This document shows, in pieces, positions 49,855 to 58,658 of a stretch of 64,000 nucleotides of DNA. Every line of letters starts with the position of its first letter. The first letter of the stretch is position 1. The notes beneath the pieces were generated by a model that searched no databases, had not been told where the DNA came from, and saw only the letters and a program-made list of their open reading frames with translations. The translations under genes were made by a program, and so were the position numbers. The stretch comes from a bacterium (GTDB lineage Bacteria; SAR324; NAC60-12), in assembly GCA_965209155.1 (NCBI GenBank), contig OZ242383.1:512001-576000 (forward strand). The letters run 5' to 3'.

Positions 49855-52800
49855 ATGAAAGGCAAAATCAGCAAGCATTCCGTCGAAAATCTGTCGTGCG
49901 AGAGAAAAGACCGCTTCCTGTGGGACACGGAGTTGCCGATGTTCGGCTGTAAAATAACCCCCAAGGGCAGACGGGTTTATCTCCTGCAATATCGCATCAA
50001 GGGACGCCTGAGGCGCTATACCATTGGCACGCATGGGATTTTGACCGCCAAAGAAGCCCGCCACATTGCCAGGAACCTGCTGCATGAGGTGGTCCTGGGT
50101 CGTGATCCGGCGGATACGAAGAATAAAAAAGGAGATCAAAACGATAAATTGTCTCCTGGACCTCCAAAAACGGTTGTGAACAACACGAAGTTGGTTTCCA
50201 GTGGGGAAAATGCAGAGATTCCGGGTTATTCACTGGAGGAGGTCATTTTTGAAAGTGGGCGGACCTGGCTTTGGCGCGGCAAGCGGCAAAGCGATGGGCT
50301 TTGGGTTCTGATCAAGGGAGCGGCTTCCTCTGAGCAGAGCGCGCAGGAGCTGGCGGAAATACGGCATGAGCATGAGATCACCCAGGCTCTTAAGATCGAT
50401 GGGGTCCTCAGGTCAGAGGAAGTGGTGCAATATGAAAACGGATCAGTCTTGATCCTGGAAAACACGGAAGGGCTTCCTTTAAGAAAGCTGATGGATGCCG
50501 CCCGGCTCGACCTGCTGGACTCGCTTAAGGTAGCGCTTTCACTGATCGGTATTCTGAAAGAAGTGCACCAGCAGGGCCTCCTGCATAAAATGATCAACCC
50601 ATTAAATATTTTTGTCGATCCGGGATCGGGAAACATCAAACTGAGCGGCTTCGGCCTGGCCACTCGGCTGCCCCGGGAAAATTTGACGACGTTGAGTCCC
50701 CAGCTTAGCGGGGAAACCCTGCCCTATATCTCCCCCGAGCAGACCGGGCGGATGAACCGGGTGCTCGATTATCGCAGTGATTTTTATTCTCTGGGCGCTA
50801 CCCTTTATGAACTTTTTACAGGGAGAGTACCTTTTGGGTCCCGGGAGACCATGGAAATCATCCACGCTCACATTGCCCGGCAGCCTGTACCCCTGGACCA
50901 GATGGCGCCGCAGGTGCCCAAACCCCTTTCTAATATGGTGATGAAACTGATGGCCAAGCGTGCCGAGGCGCGCTACCAGAGCCACTCGGGCCTTTCAGCT
51001 GATCTCCTGGCATGTCTGGATCAGCTCGAAAACCAGGGGAGCCTGTCCGACTTTCCCCTGGGCCGCCAGGACGTTCCCAAAGAACTGCAGATCGCCCCGG
51101 GGCTTTATGGCCGGGAGGATGAAATTACTGATCTGGAAGCCGCCCTGGAGCGAGTCAGCCAGGGAGCGACCGAGATGGTGCTGATCTCGGGAAGCGCCGG
51201 TGTCGGCAAAACCGCCCTGGTCGGTGAAATTCACCGGTCTATTGCCCAAAAAAACGGTTATCTCATCTCCGGCAAGTTTGACCAGCTCCGGCATAATATC
51301 CCTTACAGCGCTTTGATCCAGGCGCTGCGGGGACTGATCCGGGAGGTATCAGTCGAAGAGAAATCCGGAATGGAGCGTTGGAAAAGCAGGATACGGGCAG
51401 CGCTGGGCCCCAACGGACAACTGATGGCCCGGGTGATCCCGGAACTGGAACAGGTGATCGGCCCGCAACCCCCGCTGCCGGAAATGGGAGCGCTGGAGTC
51501 CCAGAACCGCTTCACTGCCGTTTTACTGGATTTCATCTCTGTTTTCTGTGAAAAAACCCATCCCCTGGTTATTTTTCTGGACGACTTGCAGTGGGTGGAC
51601 GCCGATACCCTCAAGCTGGTGGAACGCATCGCTCAGCATCCCGAGAGGAAACCTCTGCTTTTCCTGGGAGCCTATCGCGAAAACGAGGTGGAGGCCGATC
51701 ATCCGTTGTCGATCAGTTGTGAGGTGATCAAAAAATCTGGCCAGCCGCTGCAAACGATCCTCTTAAAACCTCTGAACTCAGAGAACATCTTACAACTGCT
51801 CGTCCATACCTGCCACTGCCGTCCTGAGGAGGCCAAACAGCTGGCCGAGGTCCTGGTGCGCAAAACCGGCGGCAATCCCTTCTTTGTGAGCCAGTTCTTG
51901 ACCGTACTCTCCGAGAAGGAGCTGATCCGCTACTCCCCTGAGGAAAAACGATGGACCTGGGAGCTGGCTGCCATCGAATTCCTGGCGGTGACCGAGAATG
52001 TGGTGGATTTGCTGGTTGACCGGCTCCACCGGTTTTCCTTTGAAACCAGGCGACTCTTGAGCCTGGCGGCCTGCATCGGCAATATTTTTGATCTGGAATC
52101 GTTGGAACTGATCAGCGGAGCCGGAAGCGGGGAGCTCTATGAGAACCTGTTGCCGGCCCTGGAAACCGGGTTGATCCTCGGTTTTTCCCGGGCTCCGCAG
52201 CTGGATAATCCTCCCGCCGGAGCGAGCATGGAAGGCGGCAGCTACAGCTTCCTGCATGACCGGGTGCAGCAGGCTGCCTATGCCCTCATTGCCGAAAAGA
52301 AGAGAAAGCCGGTCCATCTTCAAATCGGTCAGACCCTGCTCAAGCAATACGTTCCCGGGAAAAGTGACGCTCTGCTTTTTGACATCGTCCACCATCTCAA
52401 CCTGGCCCGGAGGGTGAAGGATAAATGGAAAGACCGATTGAATCTGGCGGAACTCAACTTGGAAGCCGGTCGTCAGGCCAGAGCGGCTTCGGCTTTTGAA
52501 CAGGCCCTGGAATACTTTACCCTGGGCCTGGAGCTTTCAGGAGCCGCCGCCTGGAAACGGCAATACCCCCTGACCTTATCCCTGCATGAGGAAGCCACGG
52601 AGATGTCATGGCTCTGCGGCCGCTTCGAGTTGATGGAGAAGCTGGCGGGTGCCGTAAAAGACAACGCCCGAGAGGACCCGGACCTGGCCACTGTTTATCA
52701 ATGCCGGATCAAGAACTACACCACCCAGGGTGAATTAAAGAAGGCCCTGAAAACGGGCGAAGAAATTCTGGAGAAATTGGGGTGTAATCTGAATCGTCTG

Positions 52801-55800
52801 TCTCTCGACCAGTGGCAGCAGACCCTCGTTCAAATCAAATCCGGCCTGGCCGGTAAAAGCGTCGAAGACGTGATGCGCTTTGAGCCGCTCACCCAACCTG
52901 ATGCCGAGGTCCTGGTCCCTATCCTCTATGAACTCCATTTGGCCTATGGCCAGGCTGGGGTTACTTTGGATGACGGTCTTTGGCAGCCCATCGCTTCAAA
53001 ACGTATCTCTTTTCTGCTCAATCATTTTCATCCGAAACATTCACCCGAATCCTATGGTTTCCTTGGAAGTATATATTGCTTGTATATGCAGGATTTTGAA
53101 TTTGGTTATGAACTCGGTCGTCTGGGCATACAGCTCATGGAAGCGATTGATCTGAAGGAAATAAACTGTAGAGTTTCCAAGGGTTTCAACGGCTATGTCC
53201 GATTCTACGGGGAGCCGCTATCGGCGTCATTGGAGCCCTTGCTGGAAGCTCATAAGATGGGAATCGAGACGGGAGATTTCTTCAATGCCGGTCGTGCAGC
53301 CGTCGTAAGATGTCAGATTGCCTTTATGTGCGGGAAGGAGCTGAACTGGCTGAAAGGGGAATTGTCAACGTTGAAACTTGCTCTCAAGAAGATCGATTAT
53401 ATTATCGGGTCTCCCCAGCTCGAAATGCTGACGAAGGCGATCATGATTCTAATGGAGGAACCTGCGAGCCTGTCGACCGCCATCATGGATCAATACCATA
53501 GGGTGACGGGTGCAGAGTACCGATATGGTGACCAGAGCAGTTTTAATTACCATAAGCTGGTGCTGCAAACCCTGTTCGAAGAATACGAAGCAGCCCGTGA
53601 GACGGTTTTTGAATTGATCAGCCTGATGAAAACCTATAAGGATCCCCTTATTGATCCCCTGGCCAACTGCTACCAATCCCTCGCTCTCCTGGCGGTCTGC
53701 GGCCAGGTGCCTGACGGGGAAAAAGAGGAGATCCTCACCCAGGTTCATGACAATCAGGATATGTTGGAAAAATTGGCGCGCTGCGCACCGTCTAATTATT
53801 TGCATAAGTATCATCTGGTGGAAGCCGAACGGATGAGGGTTTTGGAGGGTCAAAGCGACGCGATCCTATCTCATTATGACCAGTCCATCGCTTTGGCCAG
53901 AGAGAGCGAATTTATCCACGAGGAAGCCCTGGCCAATGAACTGGCAGCCAGGTACTTGCTCAACCAGGGGCAAAATGACGCCGCCAGGTCTTACCTGCGC
54001 TCAGCAATGGAGAAGTACGAAGCCTGGGGGGCAAAACGGAAGGTCGCGCATCTGAAGTCTCGATATCCCGGGTTGATTGCCGATGATCACACTGAAACGG
54101 TGGCGTCTCCTTCGGCCAACCTGGATCTGGTGACGATGCTCAAAGCCTCGGAGGCCATCTCCAGTACCATCGAGTTGGAACCGCTGCTGGAGATCCTGCT
54201 CCGCATTCTCATGGAAAATGCCGGGGCCCAGACAGCAACCCTGATTCTGGAAACCGAAGGTCAGTCTCTCATTGCTGCCCGCGGGAGCACCGAGCAGGTC
54301 GAATGTTTTCTACCGCTTTCCCTGCCTGTGGAAAAGGCTGGATCCCTCTCCCTCTCGGTCATCTCTTGGGTGAAACAAACCCGGGAGCATCTGGTTTTAG
54401 ACAACGCCGCCCGGGAGGAACGGTTTGTCTATGATGATAATATTCAGAGGGAACGTCCTAAATCAATCCTGTGCGCACCGATCACTCACAAGTCATCTTT
54501 GAGCGGCATAATTTACCTGGAAAATAACCTGGTTGAGGGAGCCTTCACCTCCCGGCGATTCGAGGTGATCAAACACCTCACCTCCCAGATCGCCATTTCT
54601 CTGGAAAATGCCAGGCTTCACGAAAACCTCAAACGAACCGAAGCGGAATACCGGGGAATATTTGAAAATGCCACCGAAGGCATCTACCGGACGAGCCAGG
54701 ACGGCCGCTTTCTGAGCGCCAATCCAGCGATGGCCCGGTTATTCGGGTACTCTTCCCCGGATGAGCTGATGGCATCCATCACCGACGTCGGGCACCAGCT
54801 TTATGTGAATCCGGAGCGGCGTCATCAGTTCCTGGATCTCATCCGGCAACGACGCCCCGTTTCGGATTTTGAGGTAGAATTTTTCCGTAAAGACGGCAGC
54901 ACCTTCTGGGCTTCCCTGCACGCCCGCCCAGTCTATGATGAGACCGATGCCTTGCGCTTCATCGAAGGGATTATTTCCGACATAACGGAGCAGAAAAACC
55001 GGATGGAAGCCCTGAATGAAGAAAATGTCCGCCTGAAGGCCAACATTAAGGAACGTTATCGCTTCGGAAAGATCATCGGTAAAAGCCCCGTGATGCAGGA
55101 GATTTATGAATTGATCTTAAAGGCGGCGGCTAGCGATGCGGGTGTCATTGTATACGGTGAATCAGGCACCGGTAAAGAACTGGTGGCCGAAGCCATCCAT
55201 AAGATGAGTGATAGAAAAGAAAAACCCTTTGTGACCATCAACCTCGGTGCCGTTCCGGAAACCCTCTTGGAAAGCGAGTTTTTCGGCTACAAAAAAGGGG
55301 CCTTTACCGGAGCCAATGCGGATAAGCGCGGCCTGCTCCAACAGGCAGACAAAGGCACGCTTTTCCTGGATGAATTGGGTGAAATCGGCCCCAATCTGCA
55401 AGCTAAACTGCTGCGTGCTATTGAGGGCGGAGGGTTCACGCCAGTAGGCGGACTTGAAGCGGAAACCTCCGATTTTCGCGTCGTTGCCGCCACCAATAAA
55501 GATTTAAAACAACAGGTGAAAAAGGGATTGATGCGGGAGGATTTCCTCTACCGCATCCACATTATCCCTATTCACTTGCCGCCTCTCCGGGAACGTAAAG
55601 AGGATATCCCCCTTTTGATCGAGCATTTTATGCAAAACCACCCTTCCTCAAAGAACCTGCCCAAAATCACCCTCCGTGTCATGGAAGCTCTGACCTCCTA
55701 TGATTGGCCGGGAAACGTCAGGGAACTGATCAACACCCTGTATCGCTATGTCACTCTGGGAGAGGTTGATTTTCTGGGGGAACGGATAAATTCCAAAATC

Positions 55801-56004
55801 AGCGAAACTTCAAATTTCGGAGATACCATCAACCCCAGGAAAATGGCGCTGGATCAGGCCATCGCGGATAGTGAAAAAGCGGCGATTCTCAATGCTCTGA
55901 AAAATTTTGAGGGCCACAAGGTAAAAACCGCTGCCGCCCTGGGAATCTCCCGGGCCACCCTCTTCAACAAAATGAAAAAGTACGGAATTCGGACCAGCAC
56001 CTGA
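49855..56004 (+). CDS. Giant sigma54 enhancer-binding protein: integrase Arm-DNA-binding domain + Ser/Thr pseudokinase + P-loop NTPase + helical repeats + GAF + PAS + sigma54 AAA+ + Fis-type HTH
   Basis: RBS GGAGG; WDTELP.FG..ITP.G..VY.LQYR..GR.RR.TIG.HG; YISPEQTGRMNR..DYRSDFYSLG; GSAGVGKT; LDDLQW; YLENN; GESGTGKE, GAFTGA, LFLDE, WPGNVREL; AAALGISRATL. Confidence 0.9.
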   Translation: MKGKISKHSVENLSCERKDRFLWDTELPMFGCKITPKGRRVYLLQYRIKGRLRRYTIGTHGILTAKEARHIARNLLHEVVLGRDPADTKNKKGDQNDKLSPGPPKTVVNNTKLVSSGENAEIPGYSLEEVIFESGRTWLWRGKRQSDGLWVLIKGAASSEQSAQELAEIRHEHEITQALKIDGVLRSEEVVQYENGSVLILENTEGLPLRKLMDAARLDLLDSLKVALSLIGILKEVHQQGLLHKMINPLNIFVDPGSGNIKLSGFGLATRLPRENLTTLSPQLSGETLPYISPEQTGRMNRVLDYRSDFYSLGATLYELFTGRVPFGSRETMEIIHAHIARQPVPLDQMAPQVPKPLSNMVMKLMAKRAEARYQSHSGLSADLLACLDQLENQGSLSDFPLGRQDVPKELQIAPGLYGREDEITDLEAALERVSQGATEMVLISGSAGVGKTALVGEIHRSIAQKNGYLISGKFDQLRHNIPYSALIQALRGLIREVSVEEKSGMERWKSRIRAALGPNGQLMARVIPELEQVIGPQPPLPEMGALESQNRFTAVLLDFISVFCEKTHPLVIFLDDLQWVDADTLKLVERIAQHPERKPLLFLGAYRENEVEADHPLSISCEVIKKSGQPLQTILLKPLNSENILQLLVHTCHCRPEEAKQLAEVLVRKTGGNPFFVSQFLTVLSEKELIRYSPEEKRWTWELAAIEFLAVTENVVDLLVDRLHRFSFETRRLLSLAACIGNIFDLESLELISGAGSGELYENLLPALETGLILGFSRAPQLDNPPAGASMEGGSYSFLHDRVQQAAYALIAEKKRKPVHLQIGQTLLKQYVPGKSDALLFDIVHHLNLARRVKDKWKDRLNLAELNLEAGRQARAASAFEQALEYFTLGLELSGAAAWKRQYPLTLSLHEEATEMSWLCGRFELMEKLAGAVKDNAREDPDLATVYQCRIKNYTTQGELKKALKTGEEILEKLGCNLNRLSLDQWQQTLVQIKSGLAGKSVEDVMRFEPLTQPDAEVLVPILYELHLAYGQAGVTLDDGLWQPIASKRISFLLNHFHPKHSPESYGFLGSIYCLYMQDFEFGYELGRLGIQLMEAIDLKEINCRVSKGFNGYVRFYGEPLSASLEPLLEAHKMGIETGDFFNAGRAAVVRCQIAFMCGKELNWLKGELSTLKLALKKIDYIIGSPQLEMLTKAIMILMEEPASLSTAIMDQYHRVTGAEYRYGDQSSFNYHKLVLQTLFEEYEAARETVFELISLMKTYKDPLIDPLANCYQSLALLAVCGQVPDGEKEEILTQVHDNQDMLEKLARCAPSNYLHKYHLVEAERMRVLEGQSDAILSHYDQSIALARESEFIHEEALANELAARYLLNQGQNDAARSYLRSAMEKYEAWGAKRKVAHLKSRYPGLIADDHTETVASPSANLDLVTMLKASEAISSTIELEPLLEILLRILMENAGAQTATLILETEGQSLIAARGSTEQVECFLPLSLPVEKAGSLSLSVISWVKQTREHLVLDNAAREERFVYDDNIQRERPKSILCAPITHKSSLSGIIYLENNLVEGAFTSRRFEVIKHLTSQIAISLENARLHENLKRTEAEYRGIFENATEGIYRTSQDGRFLSANPAMARLFGYSSPDELMASITDVGHQLYVNPERRHQFLDLIRQRRPVSDFEVEFFRKDGSTFWASLHARPVYDETDALRFIEGIISDITEQKNRMEALNEENVRLKANIKERYRFGKIIGKSPVMQEIYELILKAAASDAGVIVYGESGTGKELVAEAIHKMSDRKEKPFVTINLGAVPETLLESEFFGYKKGAFTGANADKRGLLQQADKGTLFLDELGEIGPNLQAKLLRAIEGGGFTPVGGLEAETSDFRVVAATNKDLKQQVKKGLMREDFLYRIHIIPIHLPPLRERKEDIPLLIEHFMQNHPSSKNLPKITLRVMEALTSYDWPGNVRELINTLYRYVTLGEVDFLGERINSKISETSNFGDTINPRKMALDQAIADSEKAAILNALKNFEGHKVKTAAALGISRATLFNKMKKYGIRTST

Positions 56005-56011
56005 ATGGAAC

Positions 56012-56277
56012 TCATCCAGAAACGAAAAGTTCTTTCATCGCGCTGGTTGGAGGAGGAGAGGTTTTCATTGTTTGTAGCAGCTTTTCTCCAGACGCTTTAG
56101 AGACCACGATTTTCGGAGAAACGATCAAATCTTCCGGAATTTCCTGAGGGCTTGTAAATGATGAAGAAGGGCACTCTCTATAAAAAACCCTTTCTTGACT
56201 CCGTAGGCATTGACGTAGGCTTCTGCCCTTTTTTTGGTTTCTTCTGAAATATGGGCTGATATTTGGGGATTGGACAT
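56012..56277 (-). pseudogene. RHH-type antitoxin of the GNAT-toxin-associated kind, frameshifted
   Basis: RBS AGGAG; MSNPQISAHISEETK...GVKKGF.IE.AL.HHLQAL/(fs)EIPEDLIVSPKIV...PT.AMKELF; length 266 nt (1 nt short of a codon multiple). Confidence 0.7.
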
Positions 56278-56344
56278 AGCATCTCCTGTTGTGAGGTTTC
56301 TACAAAAATGTAGAGTTATTTATATTTTTTGTCAAGCGCAATGT

Positions 56345-56478
56345 GTCCATAAATAATAGAGTTAAAAAGTGTCAAAAATTTTAGACTTAAGTATAAAAAT
56401 TTAGATTTTAGTCTATAAACCTTGAATATCAATGATTTAACCATGATTTCCGATCGAGTTAAGTCAAAATTTTTAGAC
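56345..56478. promoter_or_regulatory. Array of imperfect GTC(T/A)AAA-TTTAGAC palindromic boxes (candidate upstream activator sequences) plus an IHF-consensus site
   Basis: 16-bp boxes at 56371, 56391, 56411 (20-bp period) and 56463; TATCAAtgatTTA at 56427-56439 matches WATCAANNNNTTR. Confidence 0.6.
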
Positions 56479-56555
56479 ACTTGCTTCGCATACCCAACCC
56501 TCCCCTTTTTAAAATTAGTTAATAATTACAGTAAGTTAACTGAATAGCCTCAAAT

Positions 56556-56572
56556 TTGGCACACAGCTTGAA
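56556..56572 (+). promoter_or_regulatory. Sigma54 (-24/-12) promoter candidate
   Basis: TTGGCACacagcTTGAA: GG-N10-GA (GA in place of GC at -12); lies downstream of a bEBP gene and the box array. Confidence 0.6.
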
Positions 56573-56751
56573 GAAGATGAACATAAAGTTTCTGGGATGC
56601 TGTATCCCTAAGCTGATTGTCCATCCATCCCCTTCCGAAGCAGTGGATGGGGAAAATTTTTCATTTTATCTGATGAAACCACGTCCTTTGGGCGGGGATC
56701 CGAATGCGGCCCAGCCCAGTTGTGGTCAGAGACAATCGGCTTTGCCAGAAA

Positions 56752-56906
56752 CGTGCACGTGTTCGTAATCGTGCTTGTGCACGTGCTCGACAGAAACGTT
56801 CCCGATTCCTTTGAGAGGGGTTTCCGAATAGAAGAGACGCCAGGGAATTTAGGGTTCTCTGAGATGCCGTTTCGTTCACGAGCACGGCTCACGAGTACGA
56901 TCACGA
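56752..56906. repeat. (CGTGCT)n...(AGCACG)n-bounded ~150-bp repeat element, copy A
   Basis: Related core (TTCCCGAT.CCTTTGAGA.GGG...AGGGTTCT..G.GATGCCGTTTCGTTCACGAGCACG) also at 62266 and 62460. Confidence 0.8.
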
Positions 56907-57065
56907 ACCACCCTTTCTAGGGGCCTATCAAAACCACCTTCTCAGGTGGACGGCTAGTCAAGGTGGATTCTTTAATCACTGTCTTATCAGGAGAAGCCTA
57001 TGGGGAAATCATGTTAGCAGAGAAAGAATGTTTATTCCTTCAATCTCAAAAAACTAGATTTGGGA

Positions 57066-57165
57066 GATAAATATGAAATCAATCGTATTTGGAGAAATTA
57101 TTATGAAAAAGATAAATATGAAATCAATCGTATTTGGAGAAATTATTATGAAAAAGATAAAAATG
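57066..57165. repeat. 45-bp tandem duplication covering the RBS and start codon of the solute-binding protein
   Basis: GATAAATATGAAATCAATCGTATTTGGAGAAATTATTATGAAAAA at 57066 and 57111. Confidence 0.92.
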
Positions 57166-58545
57166 AAAAAAAGGTTCGGGTTTATAGGGACTTTGATGGT
57201 CGCTATCTTCGCCCTGACGGGTGTCGCGCATGCGGATGGCCACCTCAAATTCCCGATTGGCGAAGGCGGGTTCAACTGGGACAGCTACCACGCCTTTGCG
57301 AAGGAGCACGACTATACTGGACAGCAACTCACGATGACCACAAGGGTGACAGGTTCCGGCGAGGTACTCATAAATAATATGATGGCCTATTTCAATGAAG
57401 CGACCGGTGCCAAGGCCAAACACGTCGGCTCGCAGACCTACAAGCAAGATGTGGTGGCTAACCTCGAAGGAGGAACACCACCGGAAATCACCGGAATCCA
57501 GCTGCCAGGTTTTGGCCAGGACTTGGCCAGGCGCGGTTTCTTTACCCCTCTTTGTGAAGATCCGAACGACTGCGAGTTGGCCGACTGGATTCGCGACAAC
57601 TACGCCTCTGGCGAGTCCTGGGTTGACTTAGGCATTTGGGAAGGTCCGGACGGGAAGAAGCATTTTTACGGTTTCCATTACTACACCTACATAAAGTCGA
57701 TGGTCTGGTACGTCCCCGAGAACTTCGAGGACGCGGGCTACAAAGTCCCGCAGACCATGGCAGAACTGAAGACGCTGGAAAATCGGATCGTTGCCGACGG
57801 TGAGACCCCGTGGTGCCATGGTCTGTTTGCTGAGGGTTCGACGGGTTTTACGGGAGGGGACATGATGGAGGAGTTTTTGCTGCGCAGAGAGCCCATTGAA
57901 GTGTACGACAAGTTATACGCCAACGAAATTCAACTTGATGACCCCCGAATCGTTGCCGCACTCCAGGAATTGGGCGAAATTATCCTCAGCGAAACAAAAG
58001 TTGACGGTGGCCCGAGTGCTGTGGCCAACCTCGATTGGCGAACAGCAGCGGTGGGTATCTTCAGCAACCCGCCGAAGTGCTACATGTACCATCAGGGATC
58101 GTACGTTACGTCGTATTTACCAGAAACTAAAAAATTCGGCGAATGGGACTTCTTCTACTTTCCGCCCCGAACCAACAGGCCGGATCTTGCCAAATCCCCA
58201 GTGGCTGGTGGAGGTGCCTTTATGACCATCAGCAAAGACACCCCAGTAGCCCGTGGGTTTATCGAATGGCTAAAGACGCCGATTGCGCACGAGCTATGGA
58301 TGGCTCAGGGCGGCTTCCTGACGCCGCACAAGCACGTCAACACGGAGGTTTTCGTAGACGCGGCGACTGCCAAGATGAATGAGATTCTCATGAACGGGGA
58401 CCCATTCCGGTTCGACCCAGGCGACGTGTTTCCCGCCGCCGTTGGCGGCGTGTGCTGGAACCGGATGATGGTGGATTTTGTCGGTGGCAAGCCTGCCAAA
58501 GAGGTGTTACGCGGCTGCCAAGAGGTCTGGGACAATCTCAAGTAG
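57148..58545 (+). CDS. aglE: Sugar ABC transporter solute-binding protein, AglE-like
   Basis: Signal peptide ending AHA; LKFPIGEG.FNWDSY; KS.VWY.PENF..AGY; TPWC.G; HELWMAQGGFLTPH; start ambiguous because of the duplication. Confidence 0.8.
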   Translation: MKKIKMKKRFGFIGTLMVAIFALTGVAHADGHLKFPIGEGGFNWDSYHAFAKEHDYTGQQLTMTTRVTGSGEVLINNMMAYFNEATGAKAKHVGSQTYKQDVVANLEGGTPPEITGIQLPGFGQDLARRGFFTPLCEDPNDCELADWIRDNYASGESWVDLGIWEGPDGKKHFYGFHYYTYIKSMVWYVPENFEDAGYKVPQTMAELKTLENRIVADGETPWCHGLFAEGSTGFTGGDMMEEFLLRREPIEVYDKLYANEIQLDDPRIVAALQELGEIILSETKVDGGPSAVANLDWRTAAVGIFSNPPKCYMYHQGSYVTSYLPETKKFGEWDFFYFPPRTNRPDLAKSPVAGGGAFMTISKDTPVARGFIEWLKTPIAHELWMAQGGFLTPHKHVNTEVFVDAATAKMNEILMNGDPFRFDPGDVFPAAVGGVCWNRMMVDFVGGKPAKEVLRGCQEVWDNLK

Positions 58546-58546
58546 T

Positions 58547-58630
58547 ATGGCAAAAGATTGCACCATCCTCATCGGCACCGTCGGCCAAGGGCTGAACGTG
58601 AGTGCCGATGGTGGTGCATCTGGACCAACA
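58547..58630 (+). pseudogene. N-terminal stub of a BNR/Asp-box beta-propeller protein
   Basis: MAKDCTILIGTVGQGLNVSADGGAS/(fs)WT contains an S.DGG.SW Asp-box; starts 1 nt after the SBP stop. Confidence 0.5.
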
Positions 58631-58658
58631 TCGACAACATTTAGGGCAGAGCGCGGAC

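Noticed and set aside
49855..50130. Intact prophage or island integrase
   Set aside because: Only the arm-binding domain is present; there is no catalytic R-H-x-x-R-Y region, tRNA or att site nearby
56668..56710. Hammerhead-like CTGATGA...CGAA
   Set aside because: The required GAAA and stems I/III are missing; the hairpin looks more like a degenerate IS200/IS605-type end
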